In this document: piece after piece, positions 11,078 to 24,158 of the stretch | How positions within the stretch are numbered: position 1 is the first letter of the stretch | Layout: every line of letters begins with the position of its first letter | From: an uncultured bacterium | GTDB lineage: Bacteria > Auribacterota > Erginobacteria > Erginobacterales > Erginobacteraceae | Length of the DNA: 64,000 bases | Reading direction: 5' to 3' | Assembly: GCA_963822585.1 (NCBI GenBank) | Contig: CAWGIE010000016.1 | Span: 1-64,000, forward strand | The notes under the pieces: generated by a model | The model's input: the letters and a program-made list of their open reading frames with translations, nothing else | Databases searched by the model: none | What the model was told of the DNA's origin: nothing | Program-made: the position numbers and the translations under genes

Positions 11078-11970
11078 CCGCCGCTGCCGGATCTGCCCGC
11101 GCCGCGCCGCTGCGCAACGCCATGAGCGTGGACGTGGAAGACTACTACCAGGTCCAGGCGTTCGAGGGCGTCATTCCGCGTCCCGCCTGGGACACGATCC
11201 AGCCCCGCGTAGAAGCCAATGTCGATCGTATCCTGGAGCGGTTCAGCCGCGCCGGCGTCCACGCCACCTTCTTCACTCTCGGCTGGATCGCCGAGCGCCA
11301 TCGCGGCATGATTCGCCGCATCGTTGCCGCCGGGCACGAGTTGGCCAGCCATGGCTACGACCACGTGCGCGCCGACCGCCTCGATGCCCAGGCATTCCAA
11401 ACCGATGTCGGGCGGACGCGGCGCCTGCTCGAGGACATCAGCGGCAGCGCGGTTCGTGGCTACCGCGCCCCCACCTTCTCGATCGGGTCGCGCAATGCCT
11501 GGGCGTTCGCCGCGCTGGAGCGCGAGGGCTACCGCTACAGCTCCAGCGTCTATCCGATCCGCCACGATTTATATGGTGCCCCGAATGCGCCCCGCGTGCC
11601 GCACCGCCCCGGCGCGGGGGAGCTCTGGGAAATGCCGCTGAGCACGATCCGAGTTGCCGGGCACAACCTGCCCTGCGCGGGCGGCGGCTATTTCCGCCTG
11701 CTGCCCTATTCGGTGTACCGGCTTGCGCTGCTGCACCTGAACCGCACGGGGCAGCCTGGCATCTTCTACTTTCATCCCTGGGAAGTGGACCCCGCTCAGC
11801 CCCGCATCGCCGGATGCGCCCCGCTGTCGCGCTTCCGCCATTACGTCAATCTGTCGGAAATGCCCGCCCGGCTCGATCGCCTGCTCGGTGATTTCGCTTG
11901 GGATCGCCTGGATCGGGTGTTTGCGCATCTCCTGGATGGGTCCGCTCCGGCCGCCGGCGCCCCGCACTGA
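11074..11970 (+). CDS. Polysaccharide deacetylase, XrtA-system type
   Basis: NAMSVDVEDYYQV, ATFFTLGW, GHELASHG, GYRAPTFSI, GGGYFRLLPY, FYFHPWE. Confidence 0.93.
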   Translation: MTAAAGSARAAPLRNAMSVDVEDYYQVQAFEGVIPRPAWDTIQPRVEANVDRILERFSRAGVHATFFTLGWIAERHRGMIRRIVAAGHELASHGYDHVRADRLDAQAFQTDVGRTRRLLEDISGSAVRGYRAPTFSIGSRNAWAFAALEREGYRYSSSVYPIRHDLYGAPNAPRVPHRPGAGELWEMPLSTIRVAGHNLPCAGGGYFRLLPYSVYRLALLHLNRTGQPGIFYFHPWEVDPAQPRIAGCAPLSRFRHYVNLSEMPARLDRLLGDFAWDRLDRVFAHLLDGSAPAAGAPH

Positions 11971-11974
11971 TCGA

Positions 11975-13011
11975 ATGGGACTCCTCTGCCGAGCACTCGA
12001 CGCGGCTACGGCCCCGGGCTGGGACGACTTCGTCCGCGCCATGCCCGGCGGCACTTTCTTCCACCTCGCCGCCTGGCGGGAGGTGATCGCGCGCGCCTTC
12101 GGCCACCGCACCTATTACGTACCTGACGACCCGCGACGGCGCCATCACCGGCGTCTTGCCGCTCGTGCATATGAAGACCCGCCTGTTCGGCAACTCGCTG
12201 GTCTCCAACCCGTTCGCCGTCTACGGCGGGCCGCTCGCCGCCGATCCCGAGAGCACCATCGTTCTGCACGAGTATGCCGAGAGGTTGATGTCGCGTCTCG
12301 GCGCCGACGCCGTCGAATTCCGCTTTCGCGATCCCTCCGGGAGCAGCTGGCTGGCCGGGCCGGACCGCTACGCGACCTTCCGCAAATCCATTTCTGCCGA
12401 GGACGCGGCCAACATGCAGGCGATCCCACGCAAGCAGCGCGCCATGGTGCGCAAGGGGATCCAGAATGGCCTTGCCTCCGAGGTGTCGACCGAAGCGGTC
12501 GACCGGTTCCATCGTATTTATGCCGAGAGCGTCCGCAACCTCGGCACGCCGGTGTTCTCGCGCGCCTATTTCCGCTTGCTGCTGGCGACCTTCCGCGGCT
12601 GCTGCGACATTGTCACGGTGCTGGACGGGGAGCGCCCGATCGCCGCCGTGCTGAATTTCTATTTTCGCGACGAGGTGCTGCCGGTACTATGGCGGCGGAA
12701 CGGCGCTGGCACGCAGCCGCGCCGCAAACGATTTCATGTATTGGGAGGTGATGCGTCGCGCCGCGGCGCGCGGCTATCGGCTGTTCGATTTCGGGCGCAG
12801 CAAAATCGGCACCGGGGCCTATGCGTTCAAGCAGAACTGGGGTTTTTCACCGGAGAAACTGGACTACCGCTACAACCTGCGACCCGGCGCGGCGGTTCCG
12901 GACCACAGCCCGCTCAACCCGAAATACAGACTGATGATCGCCGCCTGGAAGCGGCTGCCGCTGCCGCTGGCCTCACTGATCGGCCCCCGCATCGTGCGCG
13001 GTATCGGATGA
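11975..13011 (+). CDS. FemAB-related GNAT-fold protein, XrtA-system type; frameshifts near 12120 and 12685
   Basis: TFFHLAAW, LFGNSLVSNPFAVYGG, IPRKQRAMVRKG, SVRNLGTPVF, FDFGRSK, NPKYRLMIAAWKRLP. Confidence 0.88.
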
Positions 13012-13025
13012 TTCCGGAATCATCC
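13006..13025. terminator. Perfect 20-bp palindrome over the FemAB stop codon, between convergent genes
   Basis: GGATGATTCCGGAATCATCC is its own reverse complement; terminator or operator function is inferred only. Confidence 0.35.
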
Positions 13026-13038
13026 CGCTCCGGCCAGC

Positions 13039-13110
13039 TGCGGATTCCGATGATGCCGCCCGGCATACCGAACGTGAGGCGTCCACCTGTTCCGATCTGA
13101 TGCCGTCCAC
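13039..13110. mobile_element. Possible IS21-family terminal remnant
   Basis: Begins TGCGGATTCCGATGATGCCGCCC and has degenerate repeats (TACCGAACGTGAGGCGTCCAC, TTCCGATCTGATGCCGTCCAC) resembling IS21-type multi-repeat ends. Confidence 0.5.
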
Positions 13111-13215
13111 CAGTCCTCCCTTCGTTCTCGTGTCGGCCGGCATGGCCGGCGGCGAGTTCCGGTTGAGGACCGATTCGATATACATGACGGAACGTGAACA
13201 TATCGCTTCCGAAAG

Positions 13216-16200
13216 TTAGTGGTGCAGGAAATTGGTGGCGGCGAGCGAGACGGTATGGTTGAGCTCAATCTCCATGCTGGCGGCGCCAAGCGACTTGGGC
13301 AAGGTGCTGGTATTCACGTAGACAAATGTATTTCCGCCGCTTTGCTCCCAGCCGATCGATCGGGCGGGGATGTTGGTTGAGACCTGGGCCGCGAGGAACG
13401 AGAGCGCCGCGGTCCCGATTCCCGTGAGATCGATCTTGTCCAAAGCCGGATTGAAGTTGGTGATGACGTCGAAGGCACTGGGCGTGGAGTTCGATGCTGC
13501 GGCGTAAAGATACGTGTTCGCTCCAGTGCCGCCCGTGATCGTATCCGCCGCGGCGCCGCCAATGAACCACATCTGTCCGCCCATGCCGGAAGCATTGATG
13601 GTATCATTGCCAGCCAGTCCATACACCAGGGTTGGCGTGGATGGGGCAATGCCGAGCGTGCTCAGGTTTATGGTGTTCGCGCTCGAACTTCCGACCACGA
13701 TGTCGATCGGCAGCGGTCCGGAACTGGTCCCGTTGGTCGTATCGTTGACCTGAACGGACAGCCCCGCGACCGTGTTGCCGGCAACCGCGCTGGCGCCGGT
13801 CGACAGATTGCCCTGGTTGGAACCCGAGTTCAGGGTAAAGGCCGTGGTGCCCGAGAGCGTGTACGTGAAGCTATCTCCAGCCGTGCCTCCTGTCTGAGTG
13901 AATGTACCGACCGGGGTACGGGCCGCGAGGTTCGAGCCGCCTTGGAGCGCCTGCAGGCTGCTCGTTGCCGGAGCGAAGGTGAATCCGGTGGGCGCTCCTG
14001 CCGCTACCGCGGCGGTGGCGGGGCTGTCGGAGGTGGTGCTCGGGCCGCCATCGGCGTCGGTGGCGGTCTCGACCACGCGCAGCACGTGGCCCTGATCGGC
14101 GGCGGCCGGGGTGTAGGTCGCGGCGGCGGCGCCGGCGATGTTGGCCCAGGTGGTGCCGCCGTCGCTCGAGGACTGCCACTGGTAGCCGCTGACGGCGGCA
14201 TCGGCGTCGTTCAGCGTGCCATTGCCCGCGGTCAGCACCGCGCCGATCGTGGCCGAGCCGCTGATCGAGGCGGGGGAGGTGAAGGCCAGCACGATGTCGG
14301 CGACCGCGGCGCTGGCCGCGCTGGCGGAGCTGCCGCTCTGCGCGCTGGCGCTATCGGTCGCGGTCTCCACCACCCGCAGCAGATGCGTCTCGTCGGCCTC
14401 GAGCGGGGTGTAGGTCGCGGCGGTGGCGCCGGCGACGTTCGACCAGGTGGTGCCGCCGTCGCCGGAGCTCTGCCACTGATAGCCGGAAATCACCGCGCTC
14501 GGATCGTTGGTCGTGCCGTTGACCGCGCTCAGCACCGCGCCTTCCTGCGCCGTGCCGGTGATCGCGGCGGGGGTTGTGAACACCAACGTGTTGTTCGTCA
14601 CCGCGGCGGTGGCGGGGCTGTCGGAGGTGGTGCTCGGGCCGCCATCGGCGTCGGTGGCGGTCTCGACCACGCGCAGCACGTGGCCCTGATCGGCGGCGGC
14701 CGGGGTGTAGGTCGCGGCGGTGGCGCCGGCGATGTTGGCCCAGGTGGTGCCGCCGTCGCTCGAGGACTGCCACTGGTAGCCGCTGACGGCGGCATCGGCG
14801 TCGTTCAGCGTGCCATTGCCCGCGGTCAGCACCGCGCCGATCGTGGCCGAGCCGCTGATCGAGGCGGGGGAGGTGAAGGCCAGCACGATGTCGGCGACCG
14901 CGGCGCTGGCCGCACTAGCCGAGCTGGCGTTCTGCCCGGTGCCAGCATCGCTCGCGGTCTCCACCACCCGCAATAGATGCGTCTCGTCGGCTTCGAGCGG
15001 GGTGTACGTCGCGGCGGTGGCGCCGGCGATGCTGGCCCAGGTGGTGCCGCCGTCGCCGGAACCCTGCCACTGGTAGCCGGAAATCACCGCGTTCGGATCG
15101 TTGGTCGTGCCGTTGACCGCGCTCAGCACCGCGCTTTCCTGCGCCGTGCCGGTGATCGCGGCCGGCACGGTGAAGGCCAGCGCGGCGTTCGGGGCGAACA
15201 CCACGTCGACCCAGTAATTGGTGGCATTGAAGGTGCTGCTCGGGAACGGGTTCGCGCTGCCGTAGGCATACACCCCGTTGCCGCCGCTCGCGGCGCTCGA
15301 GGGCGCGGTCAGCGGCCCGTTGGTGAGGGCGTTGGCGAAGTAGTTCGCGTCGGCCGAATACTCCCCGACCGGGGCCTCGTACGAGGCGATGTAGGTGGTC
15401 CCCGCGGTGATGCTGACCGGGCTTGAGAAATTGACCTGCTGCCAGCCGCTGGCGGTCTCGTTGGTGAAGGTGGCGCTGGCGAGCAGGGTGCCCGAGCTGC
15501 TCCACAGATCGCCGATATGGGTGCCGGTGTTCTGGGGCCCCTTGTAGAAGCGGATGCCAGTGATCTCGCCGCTGGTCGAGGCTTGGAACTTGACCCCGAG
15601 ATCGACCGCCTGCGGGTCGTTTTCCGTGATCGTCCCCGGGGTCGCGCCGGGGCCGAACAGGCTGGCCGGCTCGACGCCGACCGCGGCGGTGGCGGGGCTG
15701 TCGGAGGTGGTGCTCGGGCCGCCATCGGCGTCGGTGGCGGTCTCGACCACGCGCAGCACGTGGCCCTGATCGGCGGCGGCCGGGGTGTAGGTCGCGGCGG
15801 CGGCGCCGGCGATGTTGGCCCAGGTGGTGCCGCCGTCGCTCGAGGACTGCCACTGGTAGCCGCTGACGGCGGCATCGGCGTCGTTCAGCGTGCCATTGCC
15901 CGCGGTCAGCACCGCGCCGATCGTGGCCGAGCCGCTGATCGAGGCGGGGGAGGTGAAGGCCAGCACGATGTCGGCGACCGCGGCGCTGGCCGCGCTGGCG
16001 GAGCTGCCGCTCTGCGCGCTGGCGCTATCGGTCGCGGTCTCCACCACCCGCAGCAGATGCGTCTCGTCGGCCTCGAGCGGGGTGTAGGTCGCGGCGGTGG
16101 CGCCGGCGACGTTCGACCAGGTGGTGCCGCCGTCGCCGGAGCTCTGCCACTGATAGCCGGAAATCACCGCGCTCGGATCGTTGGTCGTGCCGTTGACCGC

Positions 16201-19200
16201 GCTCAGCACCGCGCCTTCCTGCGCCGTGCCGGTGATCGCGGCGGGGGTTGTGAACACCAACGTGTTGTTCGTCACCGCGGCGGTGGCGGGGCTGTCGGAG
16301 GTGGTGCTCGGGCCGCCATCGGCGTCGGCGGCGGTTTCGACCACGCGCAGCACATGGCCCTGATCGGCAGCGGCCGGGGTATAGATCGCGGCGGTGGCGC
16401 CGGCGATGTTGGCCCAGGTGGTGCCGCCGTCGCTCGAGGACTGCCACTGGTAGCCGCTGACGGCGGCATCGGCGTCGTTCAGCGTGCCATTGCCCGCGGT
16501 CAGCACCGCGCCGATCGTGGCCGAGCCGCTGATCGAGGCGGGGGAGGTGAAGGCCAGCACGATGTCGGCGACCGCGGCGCTGGCCGCACTAGCCGAGCTG
16601 GCGTTCTGCCCGGTGCCAGCATCGCTCGCGGTCTCCACCACCCGCAATAGATGCGTCTCGTCGGCTTCGAGCGGGGTGTACGTCGCGGCGGTGGCGCCGG
16701 CGATGCTGGCCCAGGTGGTGCCGCCGTCGCCGGAACCCTGCCACTGGTAGCCGGAAATCACCGCGTTCGGATCGTTGGTCGTGCCGTTGACCGCGCTCAG
16801 CACCGCGCTTTCCTGCGCCGTGCCGGTGATCGCGGCCGGCACGGTGAAGGCCAGCGCGGCGTTCGGGGCGAACACCACGTCGACCCAGTAATTGGTGGCA
16901 TTGAAGGTGCTGCTCGGGAACGGGTTCGCGCTGCCGTAGGCATACACCCCGTTGCCGCCGCTCGCGGCGCTCGAGGGCGCGGTCAGCGGCCCGTTGGTGA
17001 GGGCGTTGGCGAAGTAGTTCGCGTCGGCCGAATACTCCCCGACCGGGGCCTCGTACGAGGCGATGTAGGTGGTCCCCGCGGTGATGCTGACCGGGCTTGA
17101 GAAATTGACCTGCTGCCAGCCGCTGGCGGTCTCGTTGGTGAAGGTGGCGCTGGCGAGCAGGGTGCCCGAGCTGCTCCACAGATCGCCGATATGGGTGCCG
17201 GTGTTCTGGGGCCCCTTGTAGAAGCGGATGCCAGTGATCTCGCCGCTGGTCGAGGCTTGGAACTTGACCCCGAGATCGACCGCCTGCGGGTCGTTTTCCG
17301 TGATCGTCCCCGGGGTCGCGCCGGGGCCGAACAGGCTGGCCGGCTCGACGCCGACCGCGGCGGTGGCGGGGCTGTCGGAGGTGGTGCTCGGGCCGCCATC
17401 GGCGTCGGTGGCGGTCTCGACCACGCGCAGCACGTGGCCCTGATCGGCGGCGGCCGGGGTGTAGGTCGCGGCGGCGGCGCCGGCGATGTTGGCCCAGGTG
17501 GTGCCGCCGTCGCTCGAGGACTGCCACTGGTAGCCGCTGACGGCGGCATCGGCGTCGTTCAGCGTGCCATTGCCCGCGGTCAGCACCGCGCCGATCGTGG
17601 CCGAGCCGCTGATCGAGGCGGGGGAGGTGAAGGCCAGCACGATGTCGGCGACCGCGGCGCTGGCCGCGCTGGCGGAGCTGCCGCTCTGCGCGCTGGCGCT
17701 ATCGGTCGCGGTCTCCACCACCCGCAGCAGATGCGTCTCGTCGGCCTCGAGCGGGGTGTAGGTCGCGGCGGTGGCGCCGGCGACGTTCGACCAGGTGGTG
17801 CCGCCGTCGCCGGAGCTCTGCCACTGATAGCCGGAAATCACCGCGCTCGGATCGTTGGTCGTGCCGTTGACCGCGCTCAGCACCGCGCCTTCCTGCGCCG
17901 TGCCGGTGATCGCGGCGGGGGTTGTGAACACCAACGTGTTGTTCGTCACCGCGGCGGTGGCGGGGCTGTCGGAGGTGGTGCTCGGGCCGCCATCGGCGTC
18001 GGTGGCGGTCTCGACCACGCGCAGCACATGGCCCTGATCGGCAGCGGCCGGGGTATAGATCGCGGCGGTGGCGCCGGCGATGTTGGCCCAGGTGGTGCCG
18101 CCGTCGCTCGAGGACTGCCACTGGTAGCCGCTGACGGCGGCATCGGCGTCGTTCAGCGTGCCATTGCCCGCGGTCAGCACCGCGCCGATCGTGGCCGAGC
18201 CGCTGATCGAGGCGGGGGAGGTGAAGGCCAGCACGATGTCGGCGACCGCGGCGCTGGCCGCACTAGCCGAGCTGGCGTTCTGCCCGGTGCCAGCATCGCT
18301 CGCGGTCTCCACCACCCGCAATAGATGCGTCTCGTCGGCTTCGAGCGGGGTGTACGTCGCGGCGGTGGCGCCGGCGATGCTGGCCCAGGTGGTGCCGCCG
18401 TCGCCGGAACCCTGCCACTGGTAGCCGGAAATCACCGCGTTCGGATCGTTGGTCGTGCCGTTGACCGCGCTCAGCACCGCGCTTTCCTGCGCCGTGCCGG
18501 TGATCGCGGCCGGCACGGTGAAGGCCAGCGCGGCGTTCGGGGCGAACACCACGTCGACCCAGTAATTGGTGGCATTGAAGGTGCTGCTCGGGAACGGGTT
18601 CGCGCTGCCGTAGGCATACACCCCGTTGCCGCCGCTCGCGGCGCTCGAGGGCGCGGTCAGCGGCCCGTTGGTGAGGGCGTTGGCGAAGTAGTTCGCGTCG
18701 GCCGAATACTCCCCGACCGGGGCCTCGGTACGAGGCGATGTAGGTGGTCCCCGCGGTGATGCTGACCGGGCTTGAGAAATTGACCTGCTGCCAGCCGCTG
18801 GCGGTCTCGTTGGTGAAGGTGGCGCTGGCGAGCAGGGTGCCCGAGCTGCTCCACAGATCGCCGATATGGGTGCCGGTGTTCTGGGGCCCCTTGTAGAAGC
18901 GGATGCCAGTGATCTCGCCGCTGGTCGAGGCTTGGAACTTGACCCCGAGATCGACCGCCTGCGGGTCGTTTTCCGTGATCGTCCCCGGGGTCGCGCCGGG
19001 GCCGAACAGGCTCGATGTCGGCCCGCCGGTGATGCTGACGGCGGTGGTCTGCGTGGCGCTGCTAGCCGTGCCGTCATTGACCGCCCATGCGATGGTGCGG
19101 CCCGCATCGGCGCCGAAATTAGTTGGGTCCTGTTGGCTTGACGCGTAGCTGACGCTGTCCAGCACCTGCTGATAATGCGCCAGCGTGTCGCTGCCGGCCA

Positions 19201-22200
19201 GGCTCAGCACGCCGGTCGCGGCATTGTAGCTCGCGGTGATGCTCGTGCCGCTGGTCGAGGCGGCCAAGATGTCGCCGACGAGCAAGCCGCCGGTGATCGA
19301 CACCGAACCCGATGCAAGGGTGGTGCTTTCGGGATCGCTAACCGTGCTGCCCGGCGACAACGTCGTCGCGGTCCCCCCGGCGGCATAGGTGGCAGATACC
19401 GTGACGTTGCCGAGTACCGGCGGCAGATGGCCACTGTCGTCGAACACCACATCGACCCAGTAATTGTCGGCGGTGTCTGTGGAGGTGCTGCTGGGAAAAG
19501 CGCTGCTGGCGCCGTACGCATAGACGCCATTGCGGCTGTCGCCGGGCGCATTCAACGAGCCGTTGGTCTGACCCTGGTAAGTCGCAAAATAATACGGGGT
19601 ATCGCCATAATGCCCGACATTGGTGTGATATGAGGCGATGTAGGTCATGCCCGCGGTAATGCTGACCGGGTTCGAGAAGTTGGCCTGCTGCCACCCGCTG
19701 GCGGTCTCGTTCGCGAAGGTTACCGTGGCGAGCAACGTTCCCGAGCTGCTCCACAGATCTCCGACATGCGTGCCGGTGTTGCCCGATCCCTTGTAGAATC
19801 TGATGCCGGTAATCGAGCCTGCCGCCTCGGCGGTGAACCTTACACCAACCTCGATCGCATTCGAATCACTCGCGATAGACGGAGCGGCGCTGGAACTGAA
19901 TAGGCTTAGCGCCGCGGACGGTGTCACCGTATAAGAAACACCGGGGCCGGGTGTTTCGAGATTAATGCTGTCGTCGACGGCGCGCGATTCCACCTTGTAC
20001 GATCCGGGCGCTGGGGCCGCGAAGCTGTAGCTCCAGTTCATGCTTGCCGAGCCGACCTGGCCACCCGCCGGGTGCCAGGTCTTTCCGCTATCGGTCGAGA
20101 CTTGAACGCCGCCGACCACACCCCGCCGGTGTCGGTAGCGGTTCCCGTGACGGTTACGGTCTGGCCCTCCACAACGTTCGTGCTCGAAACCGTGGAGATG
20201 GTGGAAGTGGGCGGCGTATGGTCGGTCGACTGGCTGGCGATGACCAAGCTCGCCTGCAGCGTCTGCGGCTGAACCCCCATGTCGGCAAGAAAGTTCACCG
20301 TCGCCTGCTGAACATTCGTATCCGGGGTGTCGGACGAAAATGGCGATGGCGAATTGTCGTGCTGGTTGGAAAGCCCCCACGACCAGAACACCGTTCCCGC
20401 TCCGAAAACGAGCGCGCCGCTCGTCGGATCCCGGTACTCGACGAGGCTGTTGGTCGCCGTGCCCGAGGTGTCGACGTTGCCCCAGTCGGTATTGTACGCG
20501 GTCGGCTCGTTCACCGTCGTCGACGAGAGATCCACCAGGCCGGCCGGCATGTAGCCGTTATCCGGCGAGGAGTCCCACTCGTAGCCGAGCAGACCGGGCT
20601 CGAGCGACGCCGTCTGGCCGGGCGCCGTCGTGGCGACGCCGGTATTTCGCCAGAATCGCAGCTCCGTATCGCCATAGGGTATCGTGATCTGGCTGGCGAG
20701 CAGGTTCTGGTCGACCTGGAACAGGGTGCCGGTCAGGTCATTCGACGGCATCGGCGCGGTACCGAAGCGCGGATCCTGGAAAGTGCCGGTCGCCGTTCCC
20801 GATGGGTCGACCTCCTGATTGAAATGGGTATCCTTATAGCTGACAAGCGTACGGTTCGCATCGGCACTGCTATTGATGCTCGGCGATAGCCGGGTTTGCC
20901 AGAAGACTTCGTTGCCGCTTAGAAAGGCGAGGTTGACGCCCGCGTTTTCCGCAGCCTCGACATTGGCGACCTGACTGTCGGTCCAATATTCGTCGTGGCC
21001 GGCATCCATGAAGACTTTATGGTTGAGGAGGAGCGAGCCGTTCGTAGCCGTGTCTATGCCGGAAATGTACGAAACGTCGTAGCCGTTTTCCTCGAGCCAG
21101 TAGATCGCCGAATATTCAGCACCGAACAGCGAATCCTGCGGTCCGGCGAACGTGCCGATCGAGTTGCGCGTGACGATGGGCCGGTTATAGCTGACCGCAA
21201 ATGCCGCGCCGGGGGTGCCGGTGGAAGGGCCATCGCCTCCGTAGAGGTTGGCTCCTCCCCAGCCATTATAGGCTTGCCAGGTCTCGTCCGATGTTTGGAA
21301 GACGATGTCGCTGGTCGAACTGGGGTTGCTGATCACGAAGGGTATTTGAAAGACCTGCGAGCCATCGATCACGTTCGCCACATAGGCGCCGGACGTGGCG
21401 GTGGAAGGAACCGCCCAGGAATCGGTAACGCTCCAATTCCCGGCGTCGACGAGGCCCGTCGCCGCGTCGGTGAGCGGGCTCGGCTGGACGACCGGGCTCC
21501 CGGAGTGGTTGAGCGTGGTTACGAGCGTAGCCCCGTCGCCGCCGTAATAGCCCAGGCGGTAAATCTGGATGCTGTAATTTCCGTTGCTCGTTTGGTTGTT
21601 GATCTTGAACTGGACGGCGCCGCCGAGCGGCGTGCTTATGCCTGTGGTAAAGCCCTGGATCTTCGTGGAATCCTGGCCCGGCGCGATCTGCCAGACGCTC
21701 TGCGGGGTTCCTGGCTTTTCGTTTTCGAGAACGATCGGATTCGGGTTGGCGGGAGCCCCCAAGGCATTGAGAGTTGCCGGCGCATTGAGAGTTGCCGCGG
21801 CAGCCGCCGCGGTGGCAGGCTTCGCGGGCGGCGCAGGAATAGCGACGGTTGTCGGCGTGGTCGCCGCTTTTGCCTTGGCGTCGAATGGAAGCGCCTCGCT
21901 CGTCTGGTTCGCCGACTCCCCAGGCGCCGTCAACACGTAATCGAAGTGCGAATTCTGTGCCACGCCGTTTGGTTTGAACCGCAACGCCGCTGCCTGCGCC
22001 GGGGTCAACCGTTCGCCGGCGGTGACCCGCGTAGGACCATCCGACAGCACCACCGTGCCGTTGGTCGGGAGCGCCGTGACCTGTATGGTGTCGGGAGACG
22101 CCTCCTCGCTCGGGACCCAGAGGTTCAGTGCCTGGCCGTAAACGGAGTTGTAGTCGCCGGGCGGGTCTCCGTTGGACGCCGGGGCCGCCGTTGTGGCCGG

Positions 22201-22524
22201 GTCTGCGGAGGGCGGGATGCTGCTCGAAGTGGCTGTCGCGCCCGCAATCCCCTCGCTTGAGGTGACGTCCGGGCTCTGCGGGGTGACACCCTGCATCGAC
22301 GGGACTTGAGCATCCGGTTGAGAGCGCTGCCGCCAAACGGGACCGCCGTGGCCCACGGGATGGCGCCAATCAGCATTGGCCAAAGCCGGCCAGCGCCGCA
22401 GATGAATGGGCCACGGTCGAGACGGCGGGAGCAAGGCCTCGCTCGGTGTCGTCATTCCGCTCGCGAGGGCCGCACTGATTTCCGCCACGGTCAACGAGGC
22501 CGGGTTGTCATTCGATTCCGCCAC
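13216..22524 (-). CDS. Giant secreted/surface protein (about 3,100 aa): N,N-dimethylformamidase-beta-like domain, Ig-like domain, four DUF4082-like domains, twelve Ig-like repeats, RTX-like C-terminus; frameshifts near 20120 and 18727
   Basis: TWQAYNGWGGANLY, VSYNRP, GHDEYW, GYEWD, VFGAGTVFWSWGL; LGVKF...ITGIRFYKG...NYWVDVVF four times; GLAGNDTI, GGAAADTITGGTGANTYLY, DVITNF...DKIDL. Confidence 0.88.
14006..19012. repeat. Three near-identical 1,674-bp (558-aa) tandem units, each with an internal 594-bp duplication
   Basis: Unit starts at 14006, 15680 and 17354; matching shadow ORFs recur at 1,674-bp spacing. Confidence 0.95.
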
Positions 22525-23221
22525 GATGGCCCCCGCTAAATTCCCACGCCACGAGGTTCAGGAACTGGCCAGCTTGTTTCAGAATGGCAAATTCGCATTT
22601 GGACTTCAGCGACTCTCGATTACGGAATTGGCCGCGGCGATCGGTTGTAAATCCCGGTTTCTTCCAGATATGAGGCTCAGCGAACTCGCGCGATCATGCC
22701 AAGGGCTAGCGGTTAATGAAGCCGGCTGTCGCGCGTCGTTGGCCGGCCCAATAGTGCGCGGTTGAGCACATATCCAAGTGCACCATGCTGCTGGTCTCGT
22801 AAGGTCGGTACGCCGCCCGCCCGCAAACTACTACAGCGAAGCGGTCGCATGCGAATGCTCGTAATACCAATCGAATAAAAAGGCAAGCGTTCTTTTTTTG
22901 GAACGGCAATAATGTGGGTGCGGTTATGACGCTCGGCGGCCGCGGATTGCAACCGATAATCGAATTGCCCTTTGCCGATAATTCTACTTTAGAGCTAGAG
23001 CGCGTCGTTATGCCAACCGCCCAGCGCGAATTGGGCACCCGATCCGGCCACCCATGTCTTTGTTCCGGCACGAAAGTCGTGGATGCTCGGGCGGGCTTGG
23101 AATTGGCGGACGGCGCGGCTCGCGAGGTGATCCAGCAGGCGTCACTCGCGCAGCAAGCCCTTCACCAGCGCGCTTTCCCCCGCATGCAGGAATTGATGCA
23201 CACGCCGCGCGATCCGCCATT

Positions 23222-24158
23222 CTACTCTGCTGAGCCATCCCCCTCTAAAGGGCGGACACGCCCGATGAAGATATTACCCGAGAGCTCGGCGGGGGTTGCG
23301 GTCAGATTGTGCACGAAGATGGTGGGCCGGCTCTGATCGTTTGTGAAAACATTGTCCTTGATGACGAGCCGTTGCGTGGGGCGGTCGACACCCTCTTCGC
23401 CGATCATGATGGCATTGGCCGGATTGCTGGAACGCGGGCCTTTTTCTAGCCGGTTGCCGGTGATTATGGCCGTTCCGCCGTTTGGAATGTCGATCAAGTA
23501 GCTGGACGTCCCGTCGGGGCCGTCCGCGATGTCATTGTCGTTGATCTCGGTGCGCAGCGCCCGGGACTTGATGTTGTGGCCCGAATGAGTGTCGCGAAAA
23601 CGACAGTGCCGGATTTGCAGCAATCGGACCGTGTTGGCGTAAACCGCATGGGCGCAGGCCGTCCGGCATTTGCCGTTGCCAACGAACTCGGCGCCGAGGA
23701 TGCGGATGATTGCGTGCCGGTTTTCCGCGATGAGGATACCGTTCTCGTTGTTGATGAACTTGGTGTTTTCCACAACCAGATTGCCGCCCTCGGCGCGGAT
23801 GCCGGCCCCGTTCTGATCAGCCACGCGCGCGCGCCGAAGCGTCAGGTTGCGCAAGGTCACATTGCTGCCGTCGATGACGAGCAGTGCCTTGCCCTGGCAG
23901 GTCTTGTCGGTGAGGATGGTAGCGGGGCCGGTCCCCTCGATGACGAGGCGATCTTGCCGTACCACGGCGCAGTCGAAATACGTCCCGGGGTGGATCGCTA
24001 TGGTATCGCCGCTCCGGGCCGCGGCGATCGCCTGGCTGGGCAGCGAGTAAGCCAGGCCCGGGCCGACCTCGATGGTCCGCGCCAAAGCGGTCCCACTCCC
24101 GAGCGCGAAGGCAAGCCAAACCGAGAACAGCCCACTTTATTCGACGCGCAGACCCCAT
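23222..24158 (-). CDS. Exported right-handed parallel beta-helix protein; frameshift in the signal-peptide region near 24116
   Basis: NGAGIRAEGG, NENGIL, GHNIKSRA, SYLIDIPNGG; removing one base gives MGSARRIKWAVLGLLAFALGSGTALA-RTIEVGPG. Confidence 0.82.

Noticed and set aside
13871..18854. Many repeated ORFs of 60-377 aa on both strands
   Set aside because: Shadow frames of the GC-rich repeats of the giant protein
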